In this document: in pieces, positions 61,997 to 64,000 of the stretch
Position numbering within the stretch: the first letter of the stretch is position 1
How the letters are laid out: each line of letters starts with the position of its first letter
From: an uncultured Alphaproteobacteria bacterium
GTDB taxonomy: Bacteria; Pseudomonadota; Alphaproteobacteria; Rs-D84
Assembly: GCA_934230415.1 (NCBI GenBank)
Contig: CAKQEW010000004.1
Coordinates: forward strand, 1,445-65,444
Reading direction: 5' to 3'
Length of the DNA stretch: 64,000 nucleotides
The notes under the pieces: generated by a model
What the model was told of the DNA's origin: nothing
Seen by the model: the letters and a program-made list of their open reading frames with translations, nothing else
Databases searched by the model: none
Translations under genes and position numbers: made by a program

Positions 61997-63382
61997 ATGT
62001 CCACAATTTCTTTATCAAATGTGTCTTTTTCATATGATGCGTCCAATATGATTTTGGACGGTGTTTCAATTGCATTCAGTGATTCTGAACGTGTTGCCAT
62101 TGTTGGTGATAATGGTGCTGGCAAAACAACCGTGCTGAAATTATTGGTCGGGGATATCGTGCCAGACAGTGGCCAGGTTTCCCGCGGGGCCAGCATGTAT
62201 ATGACGCGTCAAATAAATGCCGCAAATACGCAAAGTGGTGGCGAACGGCAAAGTGCCGAATTGGCGCGCGCGTTTGCCAGTGGTGCGGCAATATTGCTGT
62301 TGGATGAACCGACCAATAATCTGGACGCGGATGCACGGCACAGATTTTTTAATAATCTGGCATCGTACCCGTTCGGGGCGGTAATTGTTTCGCACGACCG
62401 GGAATTGTTGCGCCGGGTGGATAAAATCATTGAAATCAGACAGGGCAAAATACGCGTCTGGGGTGGAAATTATGATTTCTGGGTTGCCGGTCGGCGCGCC
62501 GAACAAGAAAACATTTATGCCAAATACACCGCCACCCAAAAGGAAATCAGTCGCCTGGGGGCGACGATGAATATTGCGCAAAATACCCGCCAACATCACG
62601 AGGTTAAACAACGCAAAGAAATTGCCAACACGCGACGCAGTCGCATTGCGGCAAACGCATTAAAAGGCAAGAGTCAGGAAACCGAGGCCAAGCGGCGCGC
62701 AATTATCCAACAGAAATTAGACACCCAAATGGAATTACGCCAGGCGCTGTCAGCCCAAATGCAAGATGACAAAATCAAAATTCCATTGCCCAGTAAACCG
62801 TTTTACCGCAAGGAGTTAATTCATGTGTCTGGCCTGGTGTTCTGGTATGGTGCGGCGGCGGTGCTGAATAATATAAACCTGGTTATGTATGGTGGGCAAC
62901 GTATTCGCATTGCGGGACGAAATGGCGCCGGAAAATCCACGTTGCTGAAAATAATTTGTGGGAGTTTGACGCCGGGCGCTGGGACAGTTCAGACGTTCGG
63001 TAAAATTGCATATCTGGACCAGGATTTATCGTTGTTGGACAAAAACAAAAGTATTGTTGATAACATCGTGGATATTGCCGGCGCCCGCCCGCACGATGCG
63101 CATGTAATCGCGGCGAACTTTGGTTTTCGGGGCGCCAGTTCAAATAAACTTGTCGGAATATTATCCGGTGGCGAATTGCTAAAGGCGACATTGGCGGCCA
63201 TATTGGGTGGTGAAAATCAGCCCGATTTACTGATTCTGGACGAACCGACAAACAACCTGGAAATCAAGAGTATCGCGGTTCTGGAAGATGCCCTGAACCA
63301 ATATCGTGGCGCGATATTGTTGGTGTCGCATGATGAAATGTTCGCCCAGAATATCCAAATTGACCATACTGTCCAGATTTAA
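61997..63382 (+). CDS. ABC-F family ATPase (two ABC domains, no TM domain)
   Basis: GDNGAGKTT/LLLDEPTNNLD and GRNGAGKST/LSGGELLKATLA/LILDEPTNNLE, separated by a charged linker. Confidence 0.85.
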   Translation: MSTISLSNVSFSYDASNMILDGVSIAFSDSERVAIVGDNGAGKTTVLKLLVGDIVPDSGQVSRGASMYMTRQINAANTQSGGERQSAELARAFASGAAILLLDEPTNNLDADARHRFFNNLASYPFGAVIVSHDRELLRRVDKIIEIRQGKIRVWGGNYDFWVAGRRAEQENIYAKYTATQKEISRLGATMNIAQNTRQHHEVKQRKEIANTRRSRIAANALKGKSQETEAKRRAIIQQKLDTQMELRQALSAQMQDDKIKIPLPSKPFYRKELIHVSGLVFWYGAAAVLNNINLVMYGGQRIRIAGRNGAGKSTLLKIICGSLTPGAGTVQTFGKIAYLDQDLSLLDKNKSIVDNIVDIAGARPHDAHVIAANFGFRGASSNKLVGILSGGELLKATLAAILGGENQPDLLILDEPTNNLEIKSIAVLEDALNQYRGAILLVSHDEMFAQNIQIDHTVQI

Positions 63383-63454
63383 ATTCATACTAGAATTATT
63401 AAAACATGAGTGCTATATTGGTCGTGTCCAATATCAATAACAAAAGGAAAGATT

Positions 63455-64000
63455 ATGTTATTAAAGGGAAAAAAGATTTTGATTACCGGTGTTGCCAACG
63501 ATTGGTCAATGGCGTGGGCGATTGCGCGGCGCGCGCATGAAATGGGGGCGGAAATCGCGATGCCATACGCGATGCCGGCATTGGAACGCCGTGTGCGGCC
63601 GTTGGCGGAATCAATCGGTGCCAAATTTGTCCAGGAATGCAATGTGCAAAATGATGACCAGATGGATTCACTGTTCGCGAACATTGAACGCGAATGGGGG
63701 CATTTGGATGGCATGCTGCACGCGATTGCGTTTTCAGATAAAAATGAATTGACCGGTCGCTATGTGGATACAACGCGTGCGAATTTCAAAAACACCATGG
63801 ATATTTCCGTATATTCATTGGTTGATTTGACCCGCCGTGCGTCGCGATTGATGACCGATGGGGGCAGTATTGTTGCCCTGACATATTTTGGTGGGGAAAA
63901 ATCCGTGCCGAATTACAATGTGATGGGGGTTGCCAAATCCGCCCTGGACAGCAGTGTGCGATACCTGGCGTCCGACCTGGGACGCGACAAGATTCGCGTT
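63455..64000 (+). CDS. fabI: Enoyl-ACP reductase FabI, N-terminal 182 aa (3' end outside window)
   Basis: KKILITGVANDWSMAWAIA, HAIAFSD, YNVMGVAKSALD. In frame to the window end. Confidence 0.9.
   Translation, partial: MLLKGKKILITGVANDWSMAWAIARRAHEMGAEIAMPYAMPALERRVRPLAESIGAKFVQECNVQNDDQMDSLFANIEREWGHLDGMLHAIAFSDKNELTGRYVDTTRANFKNTMDISVYSLVDLTRRASRLMTDGGSIVALTYFGGEKSVPNYNVMGVAKSALDSSVRYLASDLGRDKIRV

Noticed and set aside
1-64000. Search for rRNA genes, CRISPR arrays, IS transposases or integrases
   Set aside because: None of the listed ORFs shows DDE or tyrosine/serine recombinase motifs, no spaced-repeat array was seen, and no rRNA-like conserved stretches were noticed.

Overview
The window reads as a chromosomal segment of a moderate-GC, alphaproteobacterium-like genome. 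All homology calls come from motif recognition by eye; no searches or GC calculations were run. Housekeeping genes include gap, miaA, priA, lpxI, two Omp25/31-like porins, birA, dnaB, RNase E/G, rph, ackA, dgkA, tcdA, fabI and four tRNAs (Glu, Asp, Lys, Asn). Five accessory or unusual elements stand out. (1) A ~13 kb podovirus-like lysis and virion module lies at 19.5-32.5 kb: SleB-type endolysin, holin-like, scaffold, capsid, tubular A/B, T7-type fibre N-domain, TerL, portal. It has no integrase or replication module. Its large-terminase gene is split almost losslessly by a 3.4 kb opposite-strand cassette that encodes an unknown ORF, a tandem-HTH/S24-like repressor and a full-length DnaB. The module sits behind a consensus-like promoter and two tandem intrinsic terminators. 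(2) Two paralogous ~170-180 nt attenuator-like RNA leaders (10.58-10.76 kb on +, 17.49-17.65 kb on -) share CCUCCAACC / GGUUGGAGG / CCUCCAACC segments and a terminator. Each ends just upstream of an unrelated gene, and a third sRNA-like unit lies next to copy B. (3) A defence-type accessory region lies at 53.7-60.8 kb, next to tRNA-Asn. It holds a divergent HNH / OLD-family (ABC ATPase + Toprim) pair, followed by a 4.7 kb AT-rich insert flanked by 175-bp direct repeats. The insert carries an hsdM::ABC chimeric remnant and a three-gene operon (unknown protein, cytoplasmic S8 protease, GNAT). (4) A 19-bp repeat of the tRNA-Glu 3' end lies inside a decayed GH108 lysozyme-like gene. (5) Smaller oddities include a G9 tract in a sulfatase-family transferase gene, a heptamer repeat in priA, a Cys-rich eukaryote-like secreted protein, an orphan VirB11-like ATPase and two large effector-like ORFs. 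No rRNA, CRISPR array, transposase or integrase was recognised.
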